Source of the DNA: PVC group bacterium
Lineage (GTDB): Bacteria; Auribacterota; Erginobacteria; Erginobacterales; Erginobacteraceae
Assembly (NCBI GenBank): GCA_043804695.1
Contig: JAZDIV010000033.1
Coordinates: 10,698-74,697, forward strand
Direction: 5' to 3'
DNA length: 64,000 nt
Positions 18,698-28,014 of the stretch are shown piece by piece. The notes below the pieces were generated by a model, which was not told where the DNA came from, did not search any database, and saw only the letters and a program-made list of their open reading frames with translations. A program made the position numbers and the translations under genes. How positions within the stretch are numbered: the first letter of the stretch is position 1; each line of letters opens with the position of its first letter.

Positions 18698-19805
18698 AAT
18701 TGCTTTCGCCCACGGTTATCCCTTCTTCGAAAAGAATCTCGATAAAAAGAATCAGCGAAGGGGTCGCGTTCTTCCAATATTCCTGAAAATGTTCATCGTC
18801 GCCGGGAACCTCCCGCTTCCAGGTCAGGCGCGGGCCGAGACCGATCCGGAACCAGGGGCGCCAGATGGAACGATAATAGCGGAGGGTCAGCTGGTGCTGG
18901 TTGTCCTTGAAGGAGGGCCAGGTGTGGAAGTTGCTCTCCCACTCCAGGCTGACCGCGTAATTGGTGCCGTGGCGGATGTCGAAGTTCAGGTACTGCAGGT
19001 TGAATTCCTGGGAAAGGTCGATCCCGTTGCTGGTGTTCGAATATGTTGACTGGGTGTAACTCCGGGCCAGGAACCGGGAGCCGAGGTAGCGGTTAATCTC
19101 CAGTTTGGTCGTCTCACCCGGACCGTCATCGGTATAATAATACACGTACTGGATCGGCCGGAAGAGCCAGCGGCCGGTGACATGGGTGTACTGCAGACGG
19201 GGCTTGATATAGACCGCCGGGGGAATCGTGAATTTCAGACCGAGGTTGGTGCTGAACTGCCAGTCTTTCGTCCGCGCGTGGCTGAAGCGCAGGCCGGCGG
19301 TGAAGTTGTTGTCGGAGTCATCATTCTCCCGGTCGAAATAATCCTGGTCGTCCTCATACTCGTCATCGGCGTCACGGCCGATAAAGACACCAAGCCGGTT
19401 CTCCAGAAGCGGAAGAGGAGCAAACACCCAGAAGCGGTTTTTGAATTCAAACTCCGGGCCTTCCTTCAGTTCGCCGCCCAGGCGGACCTGCAGCCACGGC
19501 TTATCGATCTCAGACTCCAGCGTGTCGGGATCCCCGAACCAGTTGTCAAACGAGAAAACCTGGCTGGCCATGAATGACGACATCCAGCCGTGGGTGACAT
19601 CGATGAGCGTCTCTCCCGGGACGACGGCGCCCGGGGACGGGAACACCGCGGGAGTGGGTGAAGAGGCAGGAAGGGACGGCTCTCCCTGCGGCGCCTCGGG
19701 AGCGACCGTCGGGACCGGACCGGCCTCTCCCCCCCGGGTCGTAGTCCCCCCGATCATCAGGGCCGGCAGGACAAGAAAAATCATGATTTCCGCCGGGCGT
19801 CTCAT
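18681..19805 (-). CDS. secreted or outer-membrane beta-barrel-like hypothetical protein
   Basis: Signal peptide, Pro-rich linker, FDNWFG motif, amphipathic strands. Confidence 0.6.
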   Translation of the reverse strand: MRRPAEIMIFLVLPALMIGGTTTRGGEAGPVPTVAPEAPQGEPSLPASSPTPAVFPSPGAVVPGETLIDVTHGWMSSFMASQVFSFDNWFGDPDTLESEIDKPWLQVRLGGELKEGPEFEFKNRFWVFAPLPLLENRLGVFIGRDADDEYEDDQDYFDRENDDSDNNFTAGLRFSHARTKDWQFSTNLGLKFTIPPAVYIKPRLQYTHVTGRWLFRPIQYVYYYTDDGPGETTKLEINRYLGSRFLARSYTQSTYSNTSNGIDLSQEFNLQYLNFDIRHGTNYAVSLEWESNFHTWPSFKDNQHQLTLRYYRSIWRPWFRIGLGPRLTWKREVPGDDEHFQEYWKNATPSLILFIEILFEEGITVGESNYAPLQ

Positions 19806-19822
19806 TGTATCATATTATCACA

Positions 19823-20270
19823 TTACAATGATTCTTCACCCTCTTTAGAGAACAGATCCTCGAAGAGGACCTCAAGATAGAGGAAGAGCACGGGCGTCCT
19901 GCTCCAGCTTGGGGCTTCCGAAGTAGTTGTCGAACTTGTAGACCTCTTCCGCGACCAAATGGGAGATCGACCGGTGGACCTCGTCGACCGTGGTCTCCTG
20001 GGAGGAGCCGGGAACGGGGGTTGTCCAGCGCGGGGGGGTCGGGGTTATGACCCATACGGGAGTCAGGGTCGACGAGGGAGAGGGGACCGGCGTCCGGGTC
20101 GGCGCTGGTGAGAGAGTGGGGGAGGACACCGGGGGAGACGACAGCGTCCCGGGAGTCGGCATGGTCTCTATTGCAGCAAAGATCACTCCGGTTAAAAAAA
20201 GCGGGATGAGAGCAGTTAAAACCCCGGCTATCCGGGGAGGACGATTACTGAGGAGATTATAACATGCCAT
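19823..20270 (-). pseudogene. internally deleted paralog of 18681-19805
   Basis: N-terminal VDEVHRSIS..VYKFDNYFG joined out of frame to TPVLFLYLEVLFED, which matches the paralog C-terminus TPSLILFIEILFEE. Confidence 0.75.
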
Positions 20271-20314
20271 GACACGGGCATCTGCTGTGCACTATAAAGT
20301 AGCGGGCCAACTTG

Positions 20315-20435
20315 ATGCTTCGGAATTTCAAAAACGGTAACGGCTGCCTCGCCGGGCGCACGTAACCCTAACCGGCAGACGAAACGGGCAGCGTCACCGT
20401 AACCGTAACCACGTTGCGCCGAAGGCGCTAATTTA
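20315..20435 (+). repeat. composite element E3
   Basis: ATGCTTCGGAATTT left end, AACGG/AACCG body, GTTGCGCCGAAGGCGCTAATTTA right end abutting the sixA stop. Confidence 0.7.
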
Positions 20436-20897
20436 TTATTCCAGCAGACGGGGACAGATCGAAAAGAGCACCTGCCAGCTGCCATCTCCGTTCTGCTCCA
20501 GTCCGACGACCTCCCCCGGTTTAAAACGGAAGATCTGGGATTCTTCGGGGCAGCCCAGGAGCAGATTGGCCAGGCGCGAGAGAAAGGGTAGATGGCCGAC
20601 CAGGAGCAGATCTTCTTCCCGGTCGATGATATCGGCGCGGACCGGGCCGACCGGATCAAGGGGGGCCAGGCCCGGTCTTTCCAGGAGGCGGGTGATCCCC
20701 GCCGCCTGGGCGATGATCTCGGCGGTCTCCCTGACCCGGGCTTTCTCGCTGTGCCAGATCTCGGGGATGGACAGACCGTTCTGTTCCAGGAAGCGGCCGA
20801 TGACGGCGACGTCAAGCCGGCCCCGCTTCGTCAGTCTCTGCTCCGGATCCTTCTTCATCGCCTGCGGTTCGCCGTGGCGGACAAGGTACAGTTTCAC
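20436..20897 (-). CDS. sixA: phosphohistidine phosphatase SixA
   Basis: KLYLVRHG, HSEKARVRETAE, LVGHLPFL. Confidence 0.93.
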   Translation of the reverse strand: MKLYLVRHGEPQAMKKDPEQRLTKRGRLDVAVIGRFLEQNGLSIPEIWHSEKARVRETAEIIAQAAGITRLLERPGLAPLDPVGPVRADIIDREEDLLLVGHLPFLSRLANLLLGCPEESQIFRFKPGEVVGLEQNGDGSWQVLFSICPRLLE

Positions 20898-21180
20898 GCT
20901 CTCCCTCCTTCAAGGTCAAGAGAAACTCCCGACACCGCCGATACCTCCGGACCCCCGCTATCCCGGCCAGGAGCGCCAGGGGGAGGAAAAAACATCCGGT
21001 GATTATCAGAACGGTGTTCTGAAAAAACTTAATAAAAGACACCCCGACCACGAACAGGGTCAGCGACAGCCGCAGATAGGCCAGCAGCGTCCGCTCGTTG
21101 GCGAGGATGGTCCGATCGGCGGCCAGGTGGTCCCTGACATCGGCCAGGCTGAAATGTCTGATCTTCCCGTGCTCTTCCAT
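20812..21180 (-). CDS. DUF202/YidH family membrane protein
   Basis: RDHLAADRTILANERTLLAYLR; 3' end overlaps sixA. Confidence 0.85.
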   Translation of the reverse strand: MEEHGKIRHFSLADVRDHLAADRTILANERTLLAYLRLSLTLFVVGVSFIKFFQNTVLIITGCFFLPLALLAGIAGVRRYRRCREFLLTLKEGERETVPCPPRRTAGDEEGSGAETDEAGPA

Positions 21181-21197
21181 CGCGCGCCTTCTGTCAG

Positions 21198-21242
21198 CCC
21201 GGATTATTCATGAAAATTAAAAATGTTCATGAATAATCCAGG
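21198..21242. mobile_element. 45-bp MITE-like element, family A
   Basis: CCCGGATTATTCATGAAA...TTCATGAATAATCCAGG. Confidence 0.7.
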
Positions 21243-21280
21243 TAATCGCTTATCGTTCCCTGTATTAGGAATACATCGGG

Positions 21281-21985
21281 TTACCACGCGAAAAAATCGT
21301 AGAGTGTCTCCACCCGGTCCGCGTAGAGGTCGATCGACTCTTTCAGCTCCTGTCGGGCGGCGGGACATCCCAGGCCGAACGCGGCCCCGATCGAGATCAC
21401 TTCATCGATATGATCTTTCGGGTTGTCGCCGATGGTGATCACGTCCGGGAAAGACCGGCCATACTGATCGAGGATGTAGCGGATCGCCTCCGGCTTCTTC
21501 CCCTCGATCACCCCGTCCTTCTGCAGCCGGGTCATGCTGAAATACCCGTCCACCGGTATCCGGTAGTTTGTCAGCCACTTCCCATCCCCTTCGCTGACCG
21601 TGAGAATGATAATCAGGCTCCCCGCCGCCTTCAGTTTCCGGATAAAATCATCCATCCCCGGGATCAGGAGGTTGAACCGGTCGTGCTGGTTATTGTTCAG
21701 GTAGTACTGCCAGCTGACTTCGCCCACCTGTATCAGCTGCCCTTCGTTCAAGCCGGGGTAATACACCTCGTAAACGCCGGTCCGATGAAAGGGATGGTAT
21801 TCCCGAGTGTACTTCTCTTTGCTCAGCTTGGCCGCGGGGGGATAGACTTGCGATATCACCTTGTCAAACGCCTCCTCGAAACAGCCGTAGGCGATCTCCC
21901 GGCTGGAAATGATCGTGGCGTCCCGGTCCAGGATGACCAGCCGGTCCCGGGACGGCAGGGGCAGTGAAAGGTCTTTTCTTCTCAT
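21281..21985 (-). CDS. HAD-superfamily hydrolase
   Basis: ILDRDATI (DxD), ILT, KP, IGDN..D. Confidence 0.75.
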   Translation of the reverse strand: MRRKDLSLPLPSRDRLVILDRDATIISSREIAYGCFEEAFDKVISQVYPPAAKLSKEKYTREYHPFHRTGVYEVYYPGLNEGQLIQVGEVSWQYYLNNNQHDRFNLLIPGMDDFIRKLKAAGSLIIILTVSEGDGKWLTNYRIPVDGYFSMTRLQKDGVIEGKKPEAIRYILDQYGRSFPDVITIGDNPKDHIDEVISIGAAFGLGCPAARQELKESIDLYADRVETLYDFFAW

Positions 21986-21989
21986 AATA

Positions 21990-22052
21990 TAAATTAGCTC
22001 GCTGCGCTCGCAAATTTATAATGGCCCCCCGACTGATTTAGTCGGGGGGGCT
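21990..22052 (-). repeat. GCGAGCGCAGCGAGCTAATTTA end plus CCCCCCGA..TCGGGGGG hairpin
   Basis: Related copy at 52502-52581; both lie a few bp upstream of HAD gene start codons. Confidence 0.65.
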
Positions 22053-22279
22053 ATAGCTTGAACAAAAATGGTTCCATCGAGGCTATCTCACAAAAAGCCT
22101 CTTCCCACTTCCAGCCGACACCACATTGCCGACTTATAACTCATTGGCTGGCTATACTGTATAACTATTATTTTTTCGTAGAAAAATAATATTAAAACAG
22201 CGAGTCAGCGCCTCCGGCGTTATTGTTTAGTTATACCGGGGTAATGTCAAACAATTAATACCACGGTGTCCGGCCTGGA

Positions 22280-23143
22280 TCAGCCCTGTTCAATATGCAG
22301 CGCCACCGGCGACCGCCACCCGGTATCGAAACCCAGCTCCTCCAGGAGGGCGATCCCTTCCTTGATCCCCTGCCCGGCCGTCGCCGCGCAGTGGGAGTCA
22401 TCCCCGGGGACAACGTCGATCCCCTTTTCGCGGGCCGCCTCCAGGATAGGCCGGCACGGGTATGGCTCGCCGCCTTCCGGCAGCTCCCGGCAGTCGCAGT
22501 CCAGGATCAACCCCAGTTCTCCGATCCGATCCAGGTTGCGGCGGAGACGGCTCCCGATGGCGGGCCGGCCCAGTCGTCCGCGGTAGTCGGGGTCAAAAAT
22601 CCTGATCAGGTCGAGATGCCCCACCACCGCCGGGCGGAGGGCGTTGATCATCTCGAACTGCAGATCGAAATACCGGCAGTAAAGGCCGTCGAGGCCGCCC
22701 GCGCGGACGGCGGCTTCCCCGTACCTCTCCGGTGAGTAGTCAAAGGGTATCTCCCCGACATGATGAACGGAGCCGACGATGTAATCGGGCCGGAACGTCT
22801 TCACCAGGCCGCGAACGGCCATCCGGTACCCGCTGAAACTCTCCGTCTCGAACCCCAGGTAGATGGTCAGGGAGGAGGCGTACTTCTTGCGGAGTTCGCG
22901 CCCGACCATCATGTAGCGGGCGAAACGGCGGTAGACGGCGGCGGCATCGAGGCCGGCGGCGATCTCCTCCGGGAAGAGATACCGGTCGCTGACGGGGGGC
23001 ATGTGCTCCGTGATTCCGACCCGCCGGAAACCCCGTTCAATATACGCCCGGACCGTCTCCTCCAGGGTGCCCTCGGCATGGCTGCAGAACACGCCGCTGT
23101 GGCCGCCATGGAGGGAAATGAGTTCAGGTTTTGCGATCGGCAT
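22280..23143 (-). CDS. PHP-family histidinol-phosphatase (HisJ type)
   Basis: HGGHS..FCSHA, GITEHMP, GSVHH, GHLDL, GDDSH. Confidence 0.9.
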   Translation of the reverse strand: MPIAKPELISLHGGHSGVFCSHAEGTLEETVRAYIERGFRRVGITEHMPPVSDRYLFPEEIAAGLDAAAVYRRFARYMMVGRELRKKYASSLTIYLGFETESFSGYRMAVRGLVKTFRPDYIVGSVHHVGEIPFDYSPERYGEAAVRAGGLDGLYCRYFDLQFEMINALRPAVVGHLDLIRIFDPDYRGRLGRPAIGSRLRRNLDRIGELGLILDCDCRELPEGGEPYPCRPILEAAREKGIDVVPGDDSHCAATAGQGIKEGIALLEELGFDTGWRSPVALHIEQG

Positions 23144-23363
23144 CGCGCGCGCCAGCTATAAAAGCGGAGTTTGTCCACCTTCCCACGTTTAATTCGTTGA
23201 TTATCATCATATTATTTTCCCGCAGGGAAAATAATTTTACCACTTGCCCTGAAGGGTGTATGCCAGATGCAAGACAAAATACCCTTGTCCTTACTTCCTG
23301 GCGAGAGAAAAGGCGTCGGTCCGGAGCCGGTTGTTCCGCCGATCCCCGGGGCCCGGGCATGGT

Positions 23364-23966
23364 TCAAAACTCACCAGATGTAGTCATAAATCGGGTTAAA
23401 GGGAAATACCCGATATGGATGGCGACCCGACTGTCTTTTTCGGTCAGCTGGAGATAGATCCGGGTGCGGCCGGACGTCCAGACGGTCAACGGGCCCATCG
23501 CCTTCCGGAGCACCAGCTGATACCGGTCCCCCGGGTCGGCGGGGTCGAGATCGCCGACGGCCTCCTCTTTCAGGTTCAGCTCCTCCTCCGCCGGTTCCCC
23601 GTACTCCTTGAGCAGGTACGCCCGGATCCCTTCATAATCATCCATCACCGCGTCCTGCCCCGGCGGCTCGACCGTGCAGATGCCCCGGGCCAGCTTACCC
23701 TGGTCGAAGAGATAAAAGATCGAGGCCCGGACCCCGGCGATATCCCCCTCGTAGAGAAGAAGCTCCGGCATCTCTCCGCTCTGCCGGGCCTCCGTCTCCG
23801 TCTTCTTAACCTCGTCCGGGGACATCCCCCAGCGGGCCTGCCGGAAGTCGGGAGGGCCGGTTTCTTCTTCAGCCCCGGCCGGTACGCTAATCAATAAAGC
23901 AATGACAATCACGCTTGCCGCACATAGTGCCTTCATCATTATTCTCCTGGTCTGATTGTTTTTCAC
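23364..23966 (-). CDS. secreted hypothetical protein
   Basis: Signal peptide; DFRQARWGMS.DEVK motif; flanked by 34-bp direct repeats. Confidence 0.7.
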   Translation of the reverse strand: MKNNQTRRIMMKALCAASVIVIALLISVPAGAEEETGPPDFRQARWGMSPDEVKKTETEARQSGEMPELLLYEGDIAGVRASIFYLFDQGKLARGICTVEPPGQDAVMDDYEGIRAYLLKEYGEPAEEELNLKEEAVGDLDPADPGDRYQLVLRKAMGPLTVWTSGRTRIYLQLTEKDSRVAIHIGYFPLTRFMTTSGEF

Positions 23967-23995
23967 TCTATTTTATAGGTTTTATTCAAAACTAA

Positions 23996-24017
23996 CCCGA
24001 TTTATGCATAAATCGGG
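23996..24017. repeat. 22-bp perfect palindrome CCCGATTTATGCATAAATCGGG
   Basis: Abuts the stop of the GH26 gene; degenerate copy at 23374-23395. Confidence 0.7.
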
Positions 24018-25820
24018 TCAGCGCGTCACCGGGATGTCGCCGGCGGACCCGAAATACAGCCGGGTGACGCCCCGGATCGCCCACAGCCCGGAAGCAGCCC
24101 GGAAGATACCGATCTCCTGATTGCCGTTCCCGGAGTACCCGGCGGGGACCGGACGGTCGTTCCCGCTCCCGAAGTAGGCCCGGGTTATCCCACGGATCGC
24201 CCATAGACCCCCCGCCCCGGCGGGGCGGAAGATACCCGCCTCGGCCGTCCCGTCGCCGTCAAAATCCCCCGGAACCGGCTGACCGCTCCCGAAATAGAAC
24301 CGGCTGATGCCCCGGACCGCCCAGAGACCGTTGGCGGAGCGGAAGACGGCGAGATCGAAAGCTCCGTCCCCATTGTAATCTTCCGGGACCGCCGTGTCGA
24401 GGGACGACCCGAAATAGGCCCGGGTTATCCCCCGGGCCGTCCAGAGCCCTCCTGAAGACCGGAAGATCGCGATGTCGGCGCCCCCGGCGCCGTCGTAGTC
24501 GCCGGGCACCGGCTGGTCGCCCGGTCTCCCGAAGTAGGCTCGGGTCAGACCCCTCACCGCCCAGAGACCGGCGGAGGAACGAAAGACCGCAATCTCGGCG
24601 CTCCCGTTGCCGTCATAATCGCCGGGAGCGGTGGTGGTGCCGGAGTCGCCGAAGTAGGACCGGGTCACCCCCCGGACCGCCCAGAGGCCGGTCTCCCCCC
24701 GGAAGATAGCGATGTCGGCGGTGCCGTCGCCGTCGTAGTCCCCTCCGGCCAGGACCGGAGGAGCTTCCGGGCGCCCCCGGTAGTAGTCGGAAGCGATGCC
24801 GGCGGTGTACGCGGTCCAGGCGGCGGGGGACGAGTTGATCCGAAGGTCCGACCAGCTCCCGTCGTCATTCTCCCACCGCTCGGAGTAGACGACCGCGACC
24901 CGGACCCGGGGATAAACGGACGGCAGGGAGGCCAGCGCCCCCGTATACCAGGCCGCCTTGTCCCCCTTCAGCGGGTACTCCCCCACCCCCCATTCGGCCA
25001 GGATCAGCGGTTTCTCGGCGGAAAGAGCACAGATCGCGCTGTACGCCGGCGTCATCAGGGCTTCGAAACTCTCCCAGTCCTCATCGGCATACTGGACCCC
25101 GTAAACGCTGAAGCCGAGCCAGTCGACATAGCCGTCCCCGGGGTAGTAGGCGGCGATCGAGTTCCAGGGCTCATCAGGAAACGACTCGTGGTTGGCGTGA
25201 AAATACCAGGTGACATTGTCCGCCCCCCGGGTCCGGAAAAGATCGACGATGTGGCGGAAGGCGTCGACGAACCGTTCCGGCCCGTCGGCTTTCGTTGGGT
25301 CGCCGTAACCGGTGGCGGCGGCGCCGCCCTGATAGGTCCCGGACCAGGGGAACCAGTCGCCGTTCATCTCCACCCCGAAGTTGACCATCACCGGCCTCCC
25401 GAAGGCCTTCACCCGATCGGCCCAGGCGGAGAGAAAAACATCAAAGTCCCCGTCAATGATCTTCTGGAGCGAATAGGCCGGCTGATATCCTTCCGTCCAG
25501 TAGGGCTCCCCCCAGGGCATCAGCCGGAGCATCGGTACCGCCCCGTACCGCCCCATCGCCTCCAGCTGCTCCCCGGAGACCGTCTGCTCCCCCCAGAAGA
25601 CCGAGAAGGGGGAGAAGGCGACCGCCTTCCCGGTCAGCTGCTCGAGATTCTCCAATTCCCCCGCGGTAACATCGTCCTCGTGTTCGCCCCAGCCCGGGAA
25701 GACCCCGGTGTAGCAGCCGTACCCGGGCGGGAGGACCGCCCCCCGGGCGCCGGGCGCGCCGGGGGGAGAAAAGACGGCGAACCCTGCCGCCAGCATAATG
25801 GCTGTGAGTTTCTTGCCCAT
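24018..25820 (-). CDS. secreted GH26-like glycoside hydrolase with 6 C-terminal FG-GAP-like repeats
   Basis: EMNGDWFPWS, YYPGDGYVDWLG, KPLILAEWG; six repeats ending DIPVTR. Confidence 0.85.
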   Translation of the reverse strand: MGKKLTAIMLAAGFAVFSPPGAPGARGAVLPPGYGCYTGVFPGWGEHEDDVTAGELENLEQLTGKAVAFSPFSVFWGEQTVSGEQLEAMGRYGAVPMLRLMPWGEPYWTEGYQPAYSLQKIIDGDFDVFLSAWADRVKAFGRPVMVNFGVEMNGDWFPWSGTYQGGAAATGYGDPTKADGPERFVDAFRHIVDLFRTRGADNVTWYFHANHESFPDEPWNSIAAYYPGDGYVDWLGFSVYGVQYADEDWESFEALMTPAYSAICALSAEKPLILAEWGVGEYPLKGDKAAWYTGALASLPSVYPRVRVAVVYSERWENDDGSWSDLRINSSPAAWTAYTAGIASDYYRGRPEAPPVLAGGDYDGDGTADIAIFRGETGLWAVRGVTRSYFGDSGTTTAPGDYDGNGSAEIAVFRSSAGLWAVRGLTRAYFGRPGDQPVPGDYDGAGGADIAIFRSSGGLWTARGITRAYFGSSLDTAVPEDYNGDGAFDLAVFRSANGLWAVRGISRFYFGSGQPVPGDFDGDGTAEAGIFRPAGAGGLWAIRGITRAYFGSGNDRPVPAGYSGNGNQEIGIFRAASGLWAIRGVTRLYFGSAGDIPVTR

Positions 25821-25915
25821 GTCTTCTGCCTCCCCCATTGCAAACATACCATATTGCATCCCGGAGGGGATACTCACCGGGCGATGAGGAGCGCCATGAT
25901 CCATCCGTCAACAGC

Positions 25916-27844
25916 CTATCTCGTCACCGGCAGGTCACCGGCCGTTCCGTAATAGACCCGGGAGCCGTCCCGGACGGCCCAGAGTCCGAAGTCCTGCCGG
26001 AAAACGCCGGGGTCATCGGCCCCGTCGCCGTTGAAATCGGCCCGGAGTGGGTAGTCGGTGCACCGGCCGAAGTAGAAGCGGGTGACGCCGCGGACCGCCC
26101 AAAGGCCGGTCGACCAGGGGCGGAAGACGGCCGCCTCCCAGGTTCCGTCGGCGTCGTAGTCCCCGGGGAGCGGCCAATCGTCGGCCCCGCCGAAGTATAT
26201 CCGGGTGACCCCCCGAATCGCCCAGAGGCCGGAGGATGGACGGAAGATGCCGAAGGCCGCCCTTCCGGCACCCTCATAGTCGCCGGGGACGGCCGAATCC
26301 CCGGAGGCGCCGAAGTAGGCGCGGGTGACCCCGCGGGCGGACCAGAGGCCGGCGGGCGGACGGAAGATGGTGACGTCGGCGGTGCCGTCACCGTCATAGT
26401 CGGCCGGGGCCGGCGTGTCGCCGGCCACGCCGTAGTAGCTGCGGGTGACCCCGCGGACCGCCCAGAGGCCGGAAGCGGAGCGGAAGATGCCGATGTCGGC
26501 GGTGCCGTCACCGTCATAGTCCCCGGAGACGGGCGCGTCCCCTGACCCTCCGAAGTAAGATCGGGTGATATCTCTCACCGCCCAGAGACCGGTGTTCCCC
26601 CGGAAGACGGCGATGTCGGCGGTGCCGTCGCCGTCGTAGTCACCCGCCTCCAGGATGAAGCCGGGGCGGGGCACGGTCGGTCCGCAGGTCGGGGTGGGGC
26701 CGGGGGTCCGGGGTGTTGCCGTCGGTGAAGATATCGGAGCAGGCGTCCGGGACGGCGGGGGGCTCGCGGTCGGGAACGGGGCAGCCGTTGCCGAGGGGGA
26801 GGGGGATGGAGTGCCGGTGACCATCGGCGTAGGCGACGGCAAAGGAAGCATATACGTGTCGACGATGCCCCCCCCGCGGGAGACAAACGTGAAAGTGATG
26901 TACCCTCCATCGGCTTCGATCAACATGGCCCCGTAATCCCCGTTGTAACGGACCCTGCTCTCAGGCAGCGGGGTGTCGAAGCTGTAAATGCTCCGCCCCC
27001 CCAGCCCATTGACGAAATAGGGAAGATCGCCTACCAGGAGGCGCTCATACGTATGCGCGTGCCCGCTGATGACCGCCGACGCCCCCCAGGGACCGAAGGG
27101 CCACTGCATTCGGACGGTTGATCCATGAACCTCGTCTGACGAGTAGGGCGGCTCGTGAAAGCTCACAATCTTCCAGGGAGCGGCGGAAGCAGCCAGGCCG
27201 GACTGGAGCCACGCGGCCTGAACCGAGGTATCGTCGGTGCCGTCGGGCTCGCGGATGTCGCTGTCGAGAAAAAAAAGATGAACCGGCCCGTACTCGAAGT
27301 CATAATAGCGCTCGTTGCCGGGCAGGGTGAAATAGTTGAAGTACGGGCCGCTGCAACCGCCGGCGCAGGTTAGGGAATCCCAGTCGTGGTTCCCGAGCGA
27401 GGGAAAGAAGCGGTTCGACTCCGCCCCGGGCCCGTACGCGCCGGTATAAGGATACATAAATTCGTGGTAATACTGCCCGATGTTGTCGTCGATAGTGGAG
27501 GCGGCTCCGGACGGGTAGTTATTGTCGCCGGCGGTGATAATCAGGTCCGGCCCCCAGCCCTGCACCAGGACAGCGACGTCTTCCTCCGGGGCGCCCGCCC
27601 ACCCGAAATCGCCGATGACCGCAATCCGGACGGAGAGGGGCGGTGAAGGTGAGGGCAACGGGGCGCTGCCCCCGTAAACGGCATCAACGTAATAACGATT
27701 AAACGTGAACCCGGTCGACGGGAAAAGGGCGGAGGGATAGCCCAGAAGACCGATAAGAAAGAGCATCGCCAGAGACAGGCCGAAGAAAAGACGGGAGAAC
27801 CTCAGGGAGCGGCCGTAAAATTCTGTCGAGGAGATTGCCATCAT
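25916..27844 (-). CDS. secreted calcineurin-like metallophosphoesterase, Pro/Thr linker, 6 FG-GAP-like repeats
   Basis: IGDFG, AGDNNY, GNHDW, FHEPPYS, SGHAHTYER; six repeats ending DLPVTR. Confidence 0.88.
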   Translation of the reverse strand: MMAISSTEFYGRSLRFSRLFFGLSLAMLFLIGLLGYPSALFPSTGFTFNRYYVDAVYGGSAPLPSPSPPLSVRIAVIGDFGWAGAPEEDVAVLVQGWGPDLIITAGDNNYPSGAASTIDDNIGQYYHEFMYPYTGAYGPGAESNRFFPSLGNHDWDSLTCAGGCSGPYFNYFTLPGNERYYDFEYGPVHLFFLDSDIREPDGTDDTSVQAAWLQSGLAASAAPWKIVSFHEPPYSSDEVHGSTVRMQWPFGPWGASAVISGHAHTYERLLVGDLPYFVNGLGGRSIYSFDTPLPESRVRYNGDYGAMLIEADGGYITFTFVSRGGGIVDTYMLPLPSPTPMVTGTPSPSPSATAAPFPTASPPPSRTPAPISSPTATPRTPGPTPTCGPTVPRPGFILEAGDYDGDGTADIAVFRGNTGLWAVRDITRSYFGGSGDAPVSGDYDGDGTADIGIFRSASGLWAVRGVTRSYYGVAGDTPAPADYDGDGTADVTIFRPPAGLWSARGVTRAYFGASGDSAVPGDYEGAGRAAFGIFRPSSGLWAIRGVTRIYFGGADDWPLPGDYDADGTWEAAVFRPWSTGLWAVRGVTRFYFGRCTDYPLRADFNGDGADDPGVFRQDFGLWAVRDGSRVYYGTAGDLPVTR

Positions 27845-28014
27845 GGTTCATTCTTGAGTTATTATACCATGACGGGCAAGGTGGAGCAATGTGGAATAGG
27901 GAACAGGGAATAAAGGACGGAGCAAATATTTCAATTTACTCATCCGGCTGTCTGCTTCCGGTTTTCGGCGAGAGGACGTAAAGAAGTAAAGACCGTCCCT
28001 TTTTCTCCCAACAT

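Noticed and set aside
24018..27844. Nucleotide tandem repeats as CRISPR or DGR template repeats
   Set aside because: They are in-frame 120-bp protein repeats with synonymous variation
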